Shown here: in pieces, positions 28,801 to 38,082 of the stretch
How the letters are laid out: each line of letters opens with the position of its first letter
Numbering within the stretch: position 1 is the first letter of the stretch
Assembly: GCA_051003195.1 (NCBI GenBank)
Contig: JBPCLP010000009.1
Coordinates: forward strand, 96,001-160,000
Source of the DNA: Candidatus Sumerlaeaceae bacterium
GTDB taxonomy: Bacteria > Sumerlaeota > Sumerlaeia > Sumerlaeales > Sumerlaeaceae
DNA length: 64,000 bases
Direction: 5' to 3'
Notes under the pieces: model-generated
What the model saw: only the letters and a program-made list of their open reading frames with translations
Databases searched by the model: none
Told to the model about the DNA's origin: nothing
Position numbers and translations under genes: made by a program

Positions 28801-30228
28801 CGCGGTTTGAACAGTACGCGGGTCATATCCCGCGTCGCCGCGATCGCTCAGCCCCACCAGCAGCGAGTTCGATCTTTCGTACACGTATACATCCTGGTCA
28901 ATCGAACGTGTGATGTGCGTGCCTTTGGCATAGCGCCGACTGATATCCACCAGTCGGGGAACGAGCGAACCGAAGTCTCCGCCCAGCGCATCGCCGCGGC
29001 CGCCACGCGGGAAATCGCGGTTTGTACCGAACTCCTGCGCGTTGAAATACACAAGCGGATAACCCGCCCGCGTCAGCACATGTGCGTAAGCAACATTGTC
29101 CAGTGTCGGAGCGCCGTTGTCATGTGACTGGGCAAACTGCACGCCGGCGGTTCCATCATTTGCATTGCCATCGATACCGTCCACACTGGCAAATTCCAGG
29201 TTGCGCATGTCTCCGAACCCGCCCGCGCTCAGCACATTCCCGAGCGCAAAAAACAGAGGGAAATCCAGAACGTCGCGATTGCCAAAACCGTCCTTGCGGC
29301 GATAAGCTCCCAGCACAGCGAAGTCGCCGGTCAGCGCCTCACCGAAGGAGTACGGCGTGGTCACATTACCCGCGAGGTCCCTGCGTCCTCGCTGGTACAT
29401 CACACTGTCAAAAAAGTTGGTGAAGAACCATGACGGCAGGTGTTTAATCGCATCGATCCGGAATCCATCCGCGCCAATAACTTCGATCATCCATTGTGCG
29501 TTGCGCAGCAGCAGGCCAGTAGCATTTTCACCTACCGGGTCGCCCGCGAGCGGATTTGCCGCATTGAATGGCCGGATTCCCTGACCATTTGCCGGAAGGG
29601 ACAGATCGGGATAGAAGCGCACATTGTCAGGATTAAGAGATTCATTGGGGATATTCTGCGCGCCCGCGGTAGCAGGCTGGCGAATAAAGACGTGATTTTT
29701 TTCCTGCGCGATGTCGATCAGGCCGGCAAGACGGCCATCCTGTTCGCCGCTGGCGTATGCTCCGTGAAAGTCTCCATCCACGTCGCCCGCTAAAGTCGTC
29801 ACGAAACCGGGATAGTCACCCGCCGCAACAAACCCTGGAGTGGAAGGATCCCGGAAGCCGTTGTGGTTGGGAACCCAGTCGAAGTACGCGCGCATGCCGG
29901 CACGATGCGCCATCGTGGTGAGCTGCTTTGCTGGTTCTTCCGTGCCATAAAGAGTCTGGTCAAACGGCTTTCCCAGGTTGAAACGGTCAAACACATCGTA
30001 GCCCACCGAATATCCACCTGTATCCGCCTTGCTGGGTGGCGGAAACCAGAACGCAGTGTATCCGGCAACGAACACATCTGGCAGTTTCTTCTCGATCGTC
30101 TCCCATTTGCTCTCGTAGTACTGCAGGATCACATCACCGGCAAAGCCGATGGTGGACGAAGCGATTGCTGCGGCAGAGGCCGACGCTATGCCGAGAGCGC
30201 GCAGGGAAGTGGATTTAAAGTAGATCAT
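25855..30228 (-). CDS. Large secreted multidomain GH13 alpha-amylase with Ig-like, DOMON-like and lamin-tail-like domains and a C-terminal DW tail
   Basis: Signal peptide; VILQYY, SVGYDVFD, DWVPNH, GFRIDAIKH, FGE, SHD catalytic motifs; LVLNE...DWAEIYNP...PTPGTVN; ends TIADWMLYR. Confidence 0.92.
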   Translation of the reverse strand: MIYFKSTSLRALGIASASAAAIASSTIGFAGDVILQYYESKWETIEKKLPDVFVAGYTAFWFPPPSKADTGGYSVGYDVFDRFNLGKPFDQTLYGTEEPAKQLTTMAHRAGMRAYFDWVPNHNGFRDPSTPGFVAAGDYPGFVTTLAGDVDGDFHGAYASGEQDGRLAGLIDIAQEKNHVFIRQPATAGAQNIPNESLNPDNVRFYPDLSLPANGQGIRPFNAANPLAGDPVGENATGLLLRNAQWMIEVIGADGFRIDAIKHLPSWFFTNFFDSVMYQRGRRDLAGNVTTPYSFGEALTGDFAVLGAYRRKDGFGNRDVLDFPLFFALGNVLSAGGFGDMRNLEFASVDGIDGNANDGTAGVQFAQSHDNGAPTLDNVAYAHVLTRAGYPLVYFNAQEFGTNRDFPRGGRGDALGGDFGSLVPRLVDISRRYAKGTHITRSIDQDVYVYERSNSLLVGLSDRGDAGYDPRTVQTAFSNVTLTELSGAASDPVINANGDFPATLVVPANGIVTLRVPRNRTNTTSHNKGYIMYGLAAPTHSHTLSGVTSVLAPESASVPNGSRRHTPLQVIKGNSFTVTAQTSPTIAEDNALIRLDGGLPIDANPGLLVTTGEFAGFEAFTGSASPRASAGTGTYTLNVNTTTMTEGLHFLETVAFLPRPLGAPAVYSSARTAIYLDRTSPTVSLLFPSTTGTSDVLSQSYGVIAKSADNTANSMHVFFDQPSSYNFLGNVNVGNQMTKVDRGEFRYTWNNITGGTHSITIVAFEPTGTSSITRFEPIQAIIPQPPMAFGIDTDAGAASVNFQPLPATINSNAYTNDFVIRVDKTAGINFPSNFSVYLDVDGITYTAVPYNASLLPPINALVQNDQNLGDQYDEFRFVWRGYTTGVHSMTARAVLTSGASPQNSVPALITVPESVTGPGVVIFSPSAGATLNTPTSVTVNAAIGFNARSAQAYLSQPGGSTPYQLLQGINLPASTNVTLQSAVSSYLASDNLSGLNVTNGIYTIRAIASTGLDGGGIASEASTTISITGFPSAVQTTTPLINGNISEFFDRTPLAVSPANGGTTVPSPVTDFGSDGSLTEFHARVANNTLYLAVRGDIFNGADPNNNATIVYIDVDSTSSTGARHMWTTSDLSDTGDALRSLVRNSGFDVNSALIAQGIGFDAAVVITGTSPLSAKVFGLGSGGVAGNPSAFAELSASIAFGTGFGSYPGATGTNIAGPTGFEVSIPLSQLANANPRGMAFVAVTTSDTSFPSPNPLPENSSNAFTTSQTIEAVARFPAQPALVLNEANNGNTDWAEIYNPTGSAVNLGTWSLRWTDASGVSAQLPLSGANSPAGSYIVVSDAALAPTPPAGSLNLGSNIPWNSARAGSVALMDPYGLGIDYVRWNSNTGQNSSDISPAGTIFGGNSTSHDGTANQSLARNPSSTDTNVASDWAVRAPTPGTVNPLVTTIADWMLYR

Positions 30229-30240
30229 TACCGCCCGTGT

Positions 30241-30254
30241 TTAAACCGGTTTAA
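30241..30254. promoter_or_regulatory. Putative LacI-family operator (perfect palindrome)
   Basis: TTAAACCGGTTTAA, 12 bp upstream of the amylase start codon. Confidence 0.85.
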
Positions 30255-30277
30255 TTATCCGATTCAAGTTATATAAC

Positions 30278-30286
30278 ATTATAGCA
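30278..30286 (-). promoter_or_regulatory. Extended -10 promoter
   Basis: TGCTATAAT on the minus strand, upstream of the operator and amylase. Confidence 0.7.
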
Positions 30287-30308
30287 GCAAGAAGCGTGGA
30301 GAAGCGTG

Positions 30309-31775
30309 TTACTGTCGGAAAAAGCTGTAGCCGGCGATCTTATCCTCGGGCGCGTACAGCGCAATACCCCATGGGCCCAGCTTCGGGAGGATACTTCCAG
30401 CCGCTACGGATACCCCCTCCTCCGATTCGAGGAGATCAGATAGTTTGAGGCCATCGAACAGATAGGAATAGGGTGTGAACACACGGCCATGGAAGGGACC
30501 GTCCGATGCATTCGCGATCACCACGACCAGTTCGGACGGGACTTCGGTTACCCGCGCAAAGGCGAGAATGCCGGGCGCGCCGGGCTGTGGAAGCGGCAGG
30601 TATTCGCCGTGTGTCAGCGCCGGGTGCGACCGACGAAACGCGTTCAATGTGCTTAGTAGCTGCAAAGTCTGCTGATCCTGCTGCGCCGCATCCCACTGCA
30701 TTGGCCGCCTGCAATCCGGATCCTTCCCGCCTTGCATTCCGATTTCTTCACCGTAATAAATCATCGGCGTGCCGGGGAAAGCGTACTGCAGCACCTGCGC
30801 CATGCGTCGACGCGCGCGATCAGGCACCTCGGTCGCCAGCCGCGGCGTGTCATGCGACGCCAGCATGTTCCAACTGCGTAACAGGGCCTCGTGCGGATAA
30901 CGCCGTGCCATGCGTTTAAAATTATAGGCGGCCTGCGCAACCGGGATTTCCCCGTTCGCCAAAGCCAACACGGTCTCGCGAAAATAATAGTTCATGACGC
31001 CGTCCAGCCCTCCCTGGGTCAGCCACTGCTCCGCATAGGTCATGATCTCGCCAATCACGCCATCGCGAGGTTGCTCGCGATGCGCGGCTTCGGCCGCCAG
31101 CGCACACATCTGCATACCCAGGTCATTCGCACAATCCAGGCGCCAACCTGTCGCGCCGCGTTGCAGCCAATGGCGGATAACCGACTGCTCTCCCTCAAAC
31201 AGCGCATCCCTAACTTCAGGGTTTGCGAGATTCAGTTCTGGAAGTGTAGAATGGCCACGCCAGCATTCGTACCCATGCGGGTGGCCATTCCACTTGAAGT
31301 GGTCGCGTCGCGCCGCGGCCACATCAGACTTTGCCTCATGAAACCAGTGGTGCTCGACACCGACGTGGTTGAACACGCCGTCGAGAATCAAACCCATGCC
31401 ACGCGACGCGCAATGTTCCGCCAGTTGATCGAAAGCCGTATCGCCACCGAAACGTTCTTCGATATGCTCGTACGTGCTGGCGTCGTACTTGTGGTTGGAT
31501 GGCGCGCGGAAGATCGGAGTGAGATAAATTGCATCCGCGCCCAACGACTGGATGTAATCGATGTGCGCCGAAATACCGTCGAGGGTTCCTCCGCAGTGAT
31601 GATGCCATGGTTTCCCCGTCGGAGCGGTCGCCTGTAGCGCCACGCCCCCCGGACCCGCGAACCGGTCGACAAAGATTTCGTATATCGAATTGCGAATCTG
31701 CGGCAGCTGGCGCGTGCCATTGCCCGACGCATTTTGCCCCGCGTTCGCTGGTTGTGGGCTGCGCTGGTTGCTCAT
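30309..31775 (-). CDS. Cytoplasmic GH13 neopullulanase/cyclomaltodextrinase-like enzyme
   Basis: IYEIFVDRF, GGTLDG, SNHKYD, DGVFNH, GWRLDCA, IGEI, SHDTPR, YYGEEIG, DPDCRRPM; no signal peptide; TGATG coupling at 31775. Confidence 0.93.
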   Translation of the reverse strand: MSNQRSPQPANAGQNASGNGTRQLPQIRNSIYEIFVDRFAGPGGVALQATAPTGKPWHHHCGGTLDGISAHIDYIQSLGADAIYLTPIFRAPSNHKYDASTYEHIEERFGGDTAFDQLAEHCASRGMGLILDGVFNHVGVEHHWFHEAKSDVAAARRDHFKWNGHPHGYECWRGHSTLPELNLANPEVRDALFEGEQSVIRHWLQRGATGWRLDCANDLGMQMCALAAEAAHREQPRDGVIGEIMTYAEQWLTQGGLDGVMNYYFRETVLALANGEIPVAQAAYNFKRMARRYPHEALLRSWNMLASHDTPRLATEVPDRARRRMAQVLQYAFPGTPMIYYGEEIGMQGGKDPDCRRPMQWDAAQQDQQTLQLLSTLNAFRRSHPALTHGEYLPLPQPGAPGILAFARVTEVPSELVVVIANASDGPFHGRVFTPYSYLFDGLKLSDLLESEEGVSVAAGSILPKLGPWGIALYAPEDKIAGYSFFRQ

Positions 31776-33337
31776 CAGTAGAGGTTCCATTCCTGGCCGA
31801 CGGAAGCTGTTGCTCCCACGAGGGCATTGCTCTCATCTTCAATCGGAAAAAGAAAACGCGCCGTGTACGGAAAGCGGCTCTGCCATGCGGTCTCATTGTG
31901 CTGCTGACCAAATCCAATCACGTTCAGTACATGAACGTTCAGCACCTGTCCACGTCGCAGCATCCGGTCGCGCGCGTCGATGCAGTCGTTAAAGCCGTCG
32001 GGCGATCCGTTGGCAGTGGCCCCTGCCGTGCCGCAATCCATGTAGTGCCGCCACGCCGGCAGGGACGCTTCGGTTGTTAAGCGGGCCGCCACGTCTACGT
32101 TCGTCCAGTACGCAGGGCTCAACGCACCAATCCGGCTGAAGCTTCCAGGCGCTTCGAGCCCGAAGTATGTGGACACAATTCCGCCGAGCGAGGACCCCGC
32201 GACGCCAGTGTTCGCGGCATCGGTCAACGTGCGGTAGCCCGCATCTATGAGCGGCTTCAATGTATCGCGCACAAACGCGACATACTTCTCCGCTTTGCCG
32301 TTGCTGATGCCACCCGGCGGCGCCAGCGGCGGCACGTACTCTGTATTGCGATCCGCAGTATTGTCGATGCCGACAACGATCAGCTCGCGCACCTGACCAT
32401 GCGCTGTCATCCGGTCCAGCGTGCCGTCCACGTTCCAGTGGACCGGCGGAAAACCGCTTCCGGTTGCGCCGTAAAGGTTCTGGCCGTCGTGCATGTAGAG
32501 CACTGGATACCGGCGGGTCGGGTGCGAATCGTATCCACGTGGAAGATACACCCGCAACTGCCGGGACAGCAGCCCCTGTGGCGAAGAAACAGCCGGGAGC
32601 ACCTCGATCCGGCTGGTCGAAACTCCGCCGGCGGGCTCATAGTTGTAGATACCGCCATCCTGCAGCCAGGCAACGTCCAGGTACGTCTCATACAGCGCAC
32701 CGCCTGCAGCAAAGTCGACTCCGCTGACGCCGTCGGTCAGCTTAAATTTCACGGCGCGACCCGGTGATCCAAAGCCATTCGCCCGCCACCGCCGTTCAGC
32801 CACACTGCGGCCCGCGGCGACGTTCGTCATTGTTGTGTCGCTGAAGATGCCTGGCGAGGTCTCAACCAGCAAGTGCGGCTGCGCCCACGAGGAGAGGTAA
32901 TAGAGTGTTTTGGTGGTTGCAAGCGGCAGGCCGCCGCTTGAGCTCGTGGTGGTTGTCGTCTGCTGTGATCCAATCGGGGTGCCGTTCGAAGGCGAGCCGA
33001 CATTTGCGTAGGAATCACTGCGATTATAAAAGCGATATGTAATGCCCGTCTGTGGCGGAAGTCCAATGGTTCCGCGCCACACCGCGCCGGTGTTATATGT
33101 CAGTTTTGGCGCAATGGTAAGGTCGTTCGACCCAAGTTCGGGACCCGTGCCCGACACAAAGATACTGTTGCCGAAGCCAACGTCCAATGTGTGGCTGAAC
33201 TGCACGGGGACAAGCTGGTCCGGGGAGAAGCCAAACACCATTGGTGTACCTGCCGCTACCAGTACTAGCGGCGCGGCCGATGCGAACACGACGCACGCAT
33301 TTTTGCATCGCCAGCGGCATTTTTGAAACTGAAACAA
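31775..33337 (-). CDS. CBM20-like domain fused to a CE1/Fes-like alpha/beta esterase, with C-terminal EW tail
   Basis: FGNSIFVSGTGPELGS (CBM20-like); VYLPRGY, YPVLYMHDGQN, GSSLGG nucleophile elbow, HNETAW; ends SVGQEWNLY. Confidence 0.85.
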   Translation of the reverse strand: MFQFQKCRWRCKNACVVFASAAPLVLVAAGTPMVFGFSPDQLVPVQFSHTLDVGFGNSIFVSGTGPELGSNDLTIAPKLTYNTGAVWRGTIGLPPQTGITYRFYNRSDSYANVGSPSNGTPIGSQQTTTTTSSSGGLPLATTKTLYYLSSWAQPHLLVETSPGIFSDTTMTNVAAGRSVAERRWRANGFGSPGRAVKFKLTDGVSGVDFAAGGALYETYLDVAWLQDGGIYNYEPAGGVSTSRIEVLPAVSSPQGLLSRQLRVYLPRGYDSHPTRRYPVLYMHDGQNLYGATGSGFPPVHWNVDGTLDRMTAHGQVRELIVVGIDNTADRNTEYVPPLAPPGGISNGKAEKYVAFVRDTLKPLIDAGYRTLTDAANTGVAGSSLGGIVSTYFGLEAPGSFSRIGALSPAYWTNVDVAARLTTEASLPAWRHYMDCGTAGATANGSPDGFNDCIDARDRMLRRGQVLNVHVLNVIGFGQQHNETAWQSRFPYTARFLFPIEDESNALVGATASVGQEWNLY

Positions 33338-33340
33338 GTC

Positions 33341-36295
33341 TTACTGCCTCAACAAAATCGCGGTGGTGTGTGGCTCCAGCTTTAGCTTTAACTTGCCGTC
33401 TGCGCCAGGCTGCACAGTCTTAGTACTCGCGCCGACCTGCACCGTGGTGCGCGCGGAGCCTTCACCATTCGCCGGCGCAACCGTCACGGCCGGGTCGGTT
33501 ACTAAATCCACGTAGCCCTTTACGCCCGCCGGCTGCGCGCCGCCCGTCGTGCCCGCGTTCCAATACTCCGCCTGCACGGGCACAGTAACTTCCCGTACTT
33601 CACCGGAATCATTCGTGGCGATGATCACCGACTCTTTATCATTGAAACGACGGAACGCGAACACCCGCGCAGCGTCATCTGCCAGCAGCGGTTCGTAATC
33701 GCCGGTGTTCAGTGCCTGCACCGAATTGCGGATCGCTGCGCAGCGCTGGAAGTACGCAAACACGTCGTCCATCACGTGGTTTTCTTCAGGCTTTTCGTAC
33801 GGCTGCAGGTCCTTCCACAACATAGGCTTGCGATCTTCCGGATCGTCCGCGCTCCACATTCCAGCCTCATCGCCGTAGTAAATCATGGGTGAGCCTACAT
33901 AACAGAACTGCACTGCCACGAGCTGCTTCATCTTCTGGTAAACTTCAGGTCGCGGCTTCTGGCTCGAGTACGTCTTGTGCTGCTGCTCCTGCTGGCGATT
34001 GGCCGCGTCAAACTGCCGACCCGGATTAAACAGCTGGCTCACCAGCCGATCCGTATCGTGGCTGTCCATCAGGTTCATCATCACATAGTTTGATTGCTCC
34101 GGCACCAGGTGCAGCATGCGCGCCCAGTCCTGCTGCAGGTCGCTGGCCTTACCGCTGTTTGTGATAAAGCGTGTCAGCGCTTTGGCCATCTGGTAGTTCA
34201 TGACGGCGTCAAACTGGTCACCCTTCAGCCACTTCGCCGGCGGATCCCAGATCTCCCCCAAAATAATCGCGTTTGGGTTCACGCCCTTTACCACGGCGCG
34301 CCATTCCGACCAGAACTTCCCGCTCACCTCGTTCGGAACATCGAGGCGCCAGCCGTCGATTCCGTCCTCGGGATTACCGTCGCCGTTGGGGTCCATCCAG
34401 CGGCGGGTGATGCTTTTGATATGCTCGCGCAGGCCAGGATCCACGAAGCCATTTTCGTCCTCGCGCAGCACAGGCAGACCACCAAACCCTGCCCATCCTT
34501 CGTACTCGAACGGCTCCCAGCTTTTCACCTGGTACCAGTTCGCAAACCGCGACGCCTTGCCGTTTTTCTTCAGGTCTACAAATGCCGGGTGCAGCGTTCC
34601 CGTGTGGTTAAACACGCCGTCGATGATCACCTTCATCCCCATTGCGTGCGCGCGCTTCACGTACTCGAGGAACAGCTTGTCGCTCTCCGTCCAAGTCCAC
34701 GTTTTCGGGTCCAGCAGATCTTCTTTCGCATTTGCCTTTTCCCAGTCTCCCATCGTTCCGAAATGCTCATCGATGTGCCGGAAATCTTGCGCATCGTACT
34801 TGTGCAGACTCTCGCTCTGGAACACCGGGTTGAACCACACCGCGCCCACACCCAGCTCCTTCAGGTACGGCAGCTTTTCCAGGCAGCCCTGCAGATCACC
34901 GCCGTAACGCCGAGAGAACACACCCATCTCCATCGCGGGGCCAGTCTCGGTGCCGTCCTCTGCGCGCGTCCACCAGTCGCTGGTCCACTTGCGCATCCCG
35001 ACTTTTGGATCGTTCTTGGGATCGCCGTTGCGGAAGCGTTCGGGAAAAATTTCGTACCAGACGACGCTCCGCGCCCAGTCGGGAGTGGAGAAGATGTCGT
35101 TGGCAGCAACTGTCCGAATAAATGGTGAACCGGCGGGTTCATCCGCGGGCGCAACTCTACAAGAGGTCGCGCCACGAATGTCGAGATGTTCTCGCGGACC
35201 TTTGTCGTGCAATGTGAACTCATAACTAAACGTATGGGGCGGTTTTAGAGCGGGAACATCGGCATACCTTCCGCCTTCTTCCAGTTTGGTCCGGAAATAC
35301 TGAAATCTTTCGTCTTCATACTCCGGCTGCATTCCTAATCCGGTTCCGCCAATCTCGATTCCTGCGAATTCCACATCATGCGCGGCGGCGCGTACCTTGA
35401 TTACAATGCTGCCGTCTTGCAGTAAATTGAAGTAGTCGATTGATGCCGGATCGTGGTGCAGCGCATCGGAGAGAATTTTGCCGTCGCCGACTTTCTCCTC
35501 GCTGATCTTGAAGCCCGCGGCCGCACCCACCCGCACCACGCTATTCTTTCCGCCGTTGCCGTCGTCTTCGGTCTCAACGTTATCTGGATCCTGCTTCCAG
35601 TCGGTTCCGTTCACCACGAACTTGTATGCGTAATCGTCGTTATCCAAAAGGATGGTCGTCGTAAATGTATCGCCGGACTTGAGCATCTCGTCCTTGTTGC
35701 CGACCCATCCGTTGAACGTGCCGGCGACATAAACCTTCTGCGCGCCCGGCGCTTTAAACTCGAAAGTGACTTTGCCTTTGCCACCCGGCAGCAGTTCAAC
35801 TTTAGGTCGTGGCGCGGACACTCCTGTCCGCGATCCTGCGTTCCCAACTTCGCGGGCAAGAGTGCCCGCGCCACTGCTGGGGACGTTTACAACACTATTG
35901 TTCCCGCCCTGGCCGTCTTCTGTCTTTTTCGGGTTCTCCGGATCTTCCTTCCACTCCGACCCGTTCAGCACAAACTTGTATGGGTGCTCACCCTTAGTCA
36001 GCGACACCGTTGTCGCGAATACGTCCGCCCCTCCGCGCGTCATCGGCGTGGCGTCGGTGCTCCAGCCGTTGAACTCCCCGGCAACATGCACGCTCTTCGC
36101 GCCGGGCGCGCTCAGCCGGAAACCCACATCATACTTCCCAGCCTCGCGTGTGCTTGTTGTCACCACGGGCTGCGCAACAGCAACGCCAGCTAACACGGCG
36201 AAAAAAACCATCCCAATGCGCAAGTAACCGGGCAGCGTAGCTGCTTTGGAGTGCGCAAGCTTGCTTGCGCTTTGTCGTGACATTCCGCCGTTCAA
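33341..36295 (-). CDS. Exported GH13 neopullulanase-like enzyme with two CBM48/AMPK-beta-type glycogen-binding domains
   Basis: Two APGA..V.VAG.FNGW...YKFV.NG..W..DP.N...G.NSV repeats; TPDWA, GGDLQG, HKYD, DGVFNH, DGWRLDV, GEIW, SHDTDR; start uncertain (36295/36283 or later). Confidence 0.93.
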   Translation of the reverse strand: MNGGMSRQSASKLAHSKAATLPGYLRIGMVFFAVLAGVAVAQPVVTTSTREAGKYDVGFRLSAPGAKSVHVAGEFNGWSTDATPMTRGGADVFATTVSLTKGEHPYKFVLNGSEWKEDPENPKKTEDGQGGNNSVVNVPSSGAGTLAREVGNAGSRTGVSAPRPKVELLPGGKGKVTFEFKAPGAQKVYVAGTFNGWVGNKDEMLKSGDTFTTTILLDNDDYAYKFVVNGTDWKQDPDNVETEDDGNGGKNSVVRVGAAAGFKISEEKVGDGKILSDALHHDPASIDYFNLLQDGSIVIKVRAAAHDVEFAGIEIGGTGLGMQPEYEDERFQYFRTKLEEGGRYADVPALKPPHTFSYEFTLHDKGPREHLDIRGATSCRVAPADEPAGSPFIRTVAANDIFSTPDWARSVVWYEIFPERFRNGDPKNDPKVGMRKWTSDWWTRAEDGTETGPAMEMGVFSRRYGGDLQGCLEKLPYLKELGVGAVWFNPVFQSESLHKYDAQDFRHIDEHFGTMGDWEKANAKEDLLDPKTWTWTESDKLFLEYVKRAHAMGMKVIIDGVFNHTGTLHPAFVDLKKNGKASRFANWYQVKSWEPFEYEGWAGFGGLPVLREDENGFVDPGLREHIKSITRRWMDPNGDGNPEDGIDGWRLDVPNEVSGKFWSEWRAVVKGVNPNAIILGEIWDPPAKWLKGDQFDAVMNYQMAKALTRFITNSGKASDLQQDWARMLHLVPEQSNYVMMNLMDSHDTDRLVSQLFNPGRQFDAANRQQEQQHKTYSSQKPRPEVYQKMKQLVAVQFCYVGSPMIYYGDEAGMWSADDPEDRKPMLWKDLQPYEKPEENHVMDDVFAYFQRCAAIRNSVQALNTGDYEPLLADDAARVFAFRRFNDKESVIIATNDSGEVREVTVPVQAEYWNAGTTGGAQPAGVKGYVDLVTDPAVTVAPANGEGSARTTVQVGASTKTVQPGADGKLKLKLEPHTTAILLRQ

Positions 36296-36422
36296 CGTGC
36301 TGTCCGCCTTCCGTTTGTCGTTCCGCCTTCAGGCGGGCTTCTCTATACGCCACGCCACAACCAACTAAACCTGCCCGCGAGACGCGGGCGCTCCCAGCGA
36401 CGCCGCCTCTCATAAATAGCAG

Positions 36423-36457
36423 AAAAATTAAGGCCGCCCCACCGAAGTGAGGCGGCC
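36423..36457 (-). terminator. Intra-locus terminator
   Basis: GGCCGCCTCAC-TTCG-GTGGGGCGGCC followed by TTAATTTTT on the minus strand. Confidence 0.7.
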
Positions 36458-36494
36458 CCCTGTCACATCGTTGCTATTTCAGCGACTCTGCGGA

Positions 36495-38054
36495 TCAGTA
36501 CATTGACCAGTCGTTCACGCCTGCGCCGGGCAAGTTGTTGAGGAATGATGCACGGAAAGGAGCCGTCGGCGTAACAGCATTGGCGAACGCCGCGATTCGG
36601 CCGGTGATCGCATCGATCTGGAAATTGACCGTTCCGGCATTGGAGGTAAAGGGAATCTCAGGATTGCTGCCGCCACGCGTATATCCGGCTCCCGGGCAGC
36701 CAAACTGGTACTCATAGCCCCCAAGAACACAGCCCTTCCAATTCTGCGCCGTAATCGGGAGGAAAGCCGTGAAGTTTAGTCCGAAAAGCTTGTCACCCGC
36801 CGCAAGATCACCGCTGGCTCCAGTGTCCACAAGCGTGAAGTTGGTGCTGGTTGGATCCCATTCCGCACCGCCAAGCTCATCTTGAACTGCACCAACTACA
36901 TTTGGCACCGCAACATGCCGGCTATTCGGATCGGTCCAGACATACCTGGTGTCCGGGCTGTACCCGTCGCTGCGCACATTGGTGTCGAAGTGAACCAACA
37001 CGGTTTGCCCCGTGGTTGCGATGTCGATGGGATAACCACCCGTGCCCGGATACTGCGGACCAACACCCTGCTTAACATTTACAGTGAAGCCCGCACCGCC
37101 GGCGGTTGTGGTCACCAGCCGCGAATGAATTCCGTCGCCGGAAATCGCATCGCCATTAGTACCATTATCATACATCTGGGTTGTCGCGTTCAGGTTAACG
37201 TTCCATGCGGACGACGTGGCGAAGAACGGCGGGCCGGGGTTCGCCAGCGGATTGCTGTTGGTGACCTTGGTACGTCCGGTACTCGAATCAAAAAGCACTT
37301 TGATCTGGTCCGAAGTCGCAAAGATATTGGCGCTCAGGTTCCCGCCGCCCGTTGCATAACCGATGTTGCTGACCTGTCTGGCATAGTCGTTCGCAACGGT
37401 ATTTGACGGATTAACAAGGATTTTGAATTCGTAGCTTCCTGCAGCAACACCGGTGAAGCTCAGCGTGAAAATTCCGTCGCCGGAAGCCGTGTCGCCTGCA
37501 GTGCCCGAGTCATTCATGTTTCCCGTTGGGTCGGTCGTCGTCCAGTCATTGCCGCCAAGTTCGCTGATAAAGTTGCCCACCACACGTACCGTATTACCAG
37601 GCGCAACCGGTGAAGGACTAGTGTACAGCAGGCCTACAAAGGCGTTTACGCCGGGATCAGGAACATATCCGTCGTTTCTCGTCGCTGTATCAAAGAGGAA
37701 CTTCATCGTGCCAGGCAAATAACGGCTCCAGCTATTGTCAAAGCCCCCGGGATAGCTGAAAGCCCACTGAGCACTCGGAGCTCCAGAGCCAATTTTCCAC
37801 AGGAAGCGCTGATTGAGCGTCGCGGCTGGGGAGGAAGTAATTGTAACGTTACGGCTCCAAATATTGTCGCTGGCAACCGTATCACCGCCGGTTCCATCGT
37901 TGAGCAACTGCAGAGCGCTCGAAGTACCAGGATTGAAATTGTCCAGCGGGGGATTTTCGCCCGTCGCGAAAATGGTAAAACCGTTATAAGTGTTTTGTGC
38001 ATTCGCTGTAAATGCCAGTACGCTGATCGCACCCGCCAAAATGATTTGTTTCAT
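36495..38054 (-). CDS. Secreted non-catalytic repeat protein (choice-of-anchor X-like and X25-like modules) with C-terminal DW tail
   Basis: AAGGAG RBS, signal peptide; four DxGxxGDxxxxD motifs; two VVG...ELGG.[DE]W repeats; ends AGVNDWSMY. Confidence 0.75.
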   Translation of the reverse strand: MKQIILAGAISVLAFTANAQNTYNGFTIFATGENPPLDNFNPGTSSALQLLNDGTGGDTVASDNIWSRNVTITSSPAATLNQRFLWKIGSGAPSAQWAFSYPGGFDNSWSRYLPGTMKFLFDTATRNDGYVPDPGVNAFVGLLYTSPSPVAPGNTVRVVGNFISELGGNDWTTTDPTGNMNDSGTAGDTASGDGIFTLSFTGVAAGSYEFKILVNPSNTVANDYARQVSNIGYATGGGNLSANIFATSDQIKVLFDSSTGRTKVTNSNPLANPGPPFFATSSAWNVNLNATTQMYDNGTNGDAISGDGIHSRLVTTTAGGAGFTVNVKQGVGPQYPGTGGYPIDIATTGQTVLVHFDTNVRSDGYSPDTRYVWTDPNSRHVAVPNVVGAVQDELGGAEWDPTSTNFTLVDTGASGDLAAGDKLFGLNFTAFLPITAQNWKGCVLGGYEYQFGCPGAGYTRGGSNPEIPFTSNAGTVNFQIDAITGRIAAFANAVTPTAPFRASFLNNLPGAGVNDWSMY

Positions 38055-38082
38055 GTTCTTGCTCCTTTACGCTCCGTAATTA

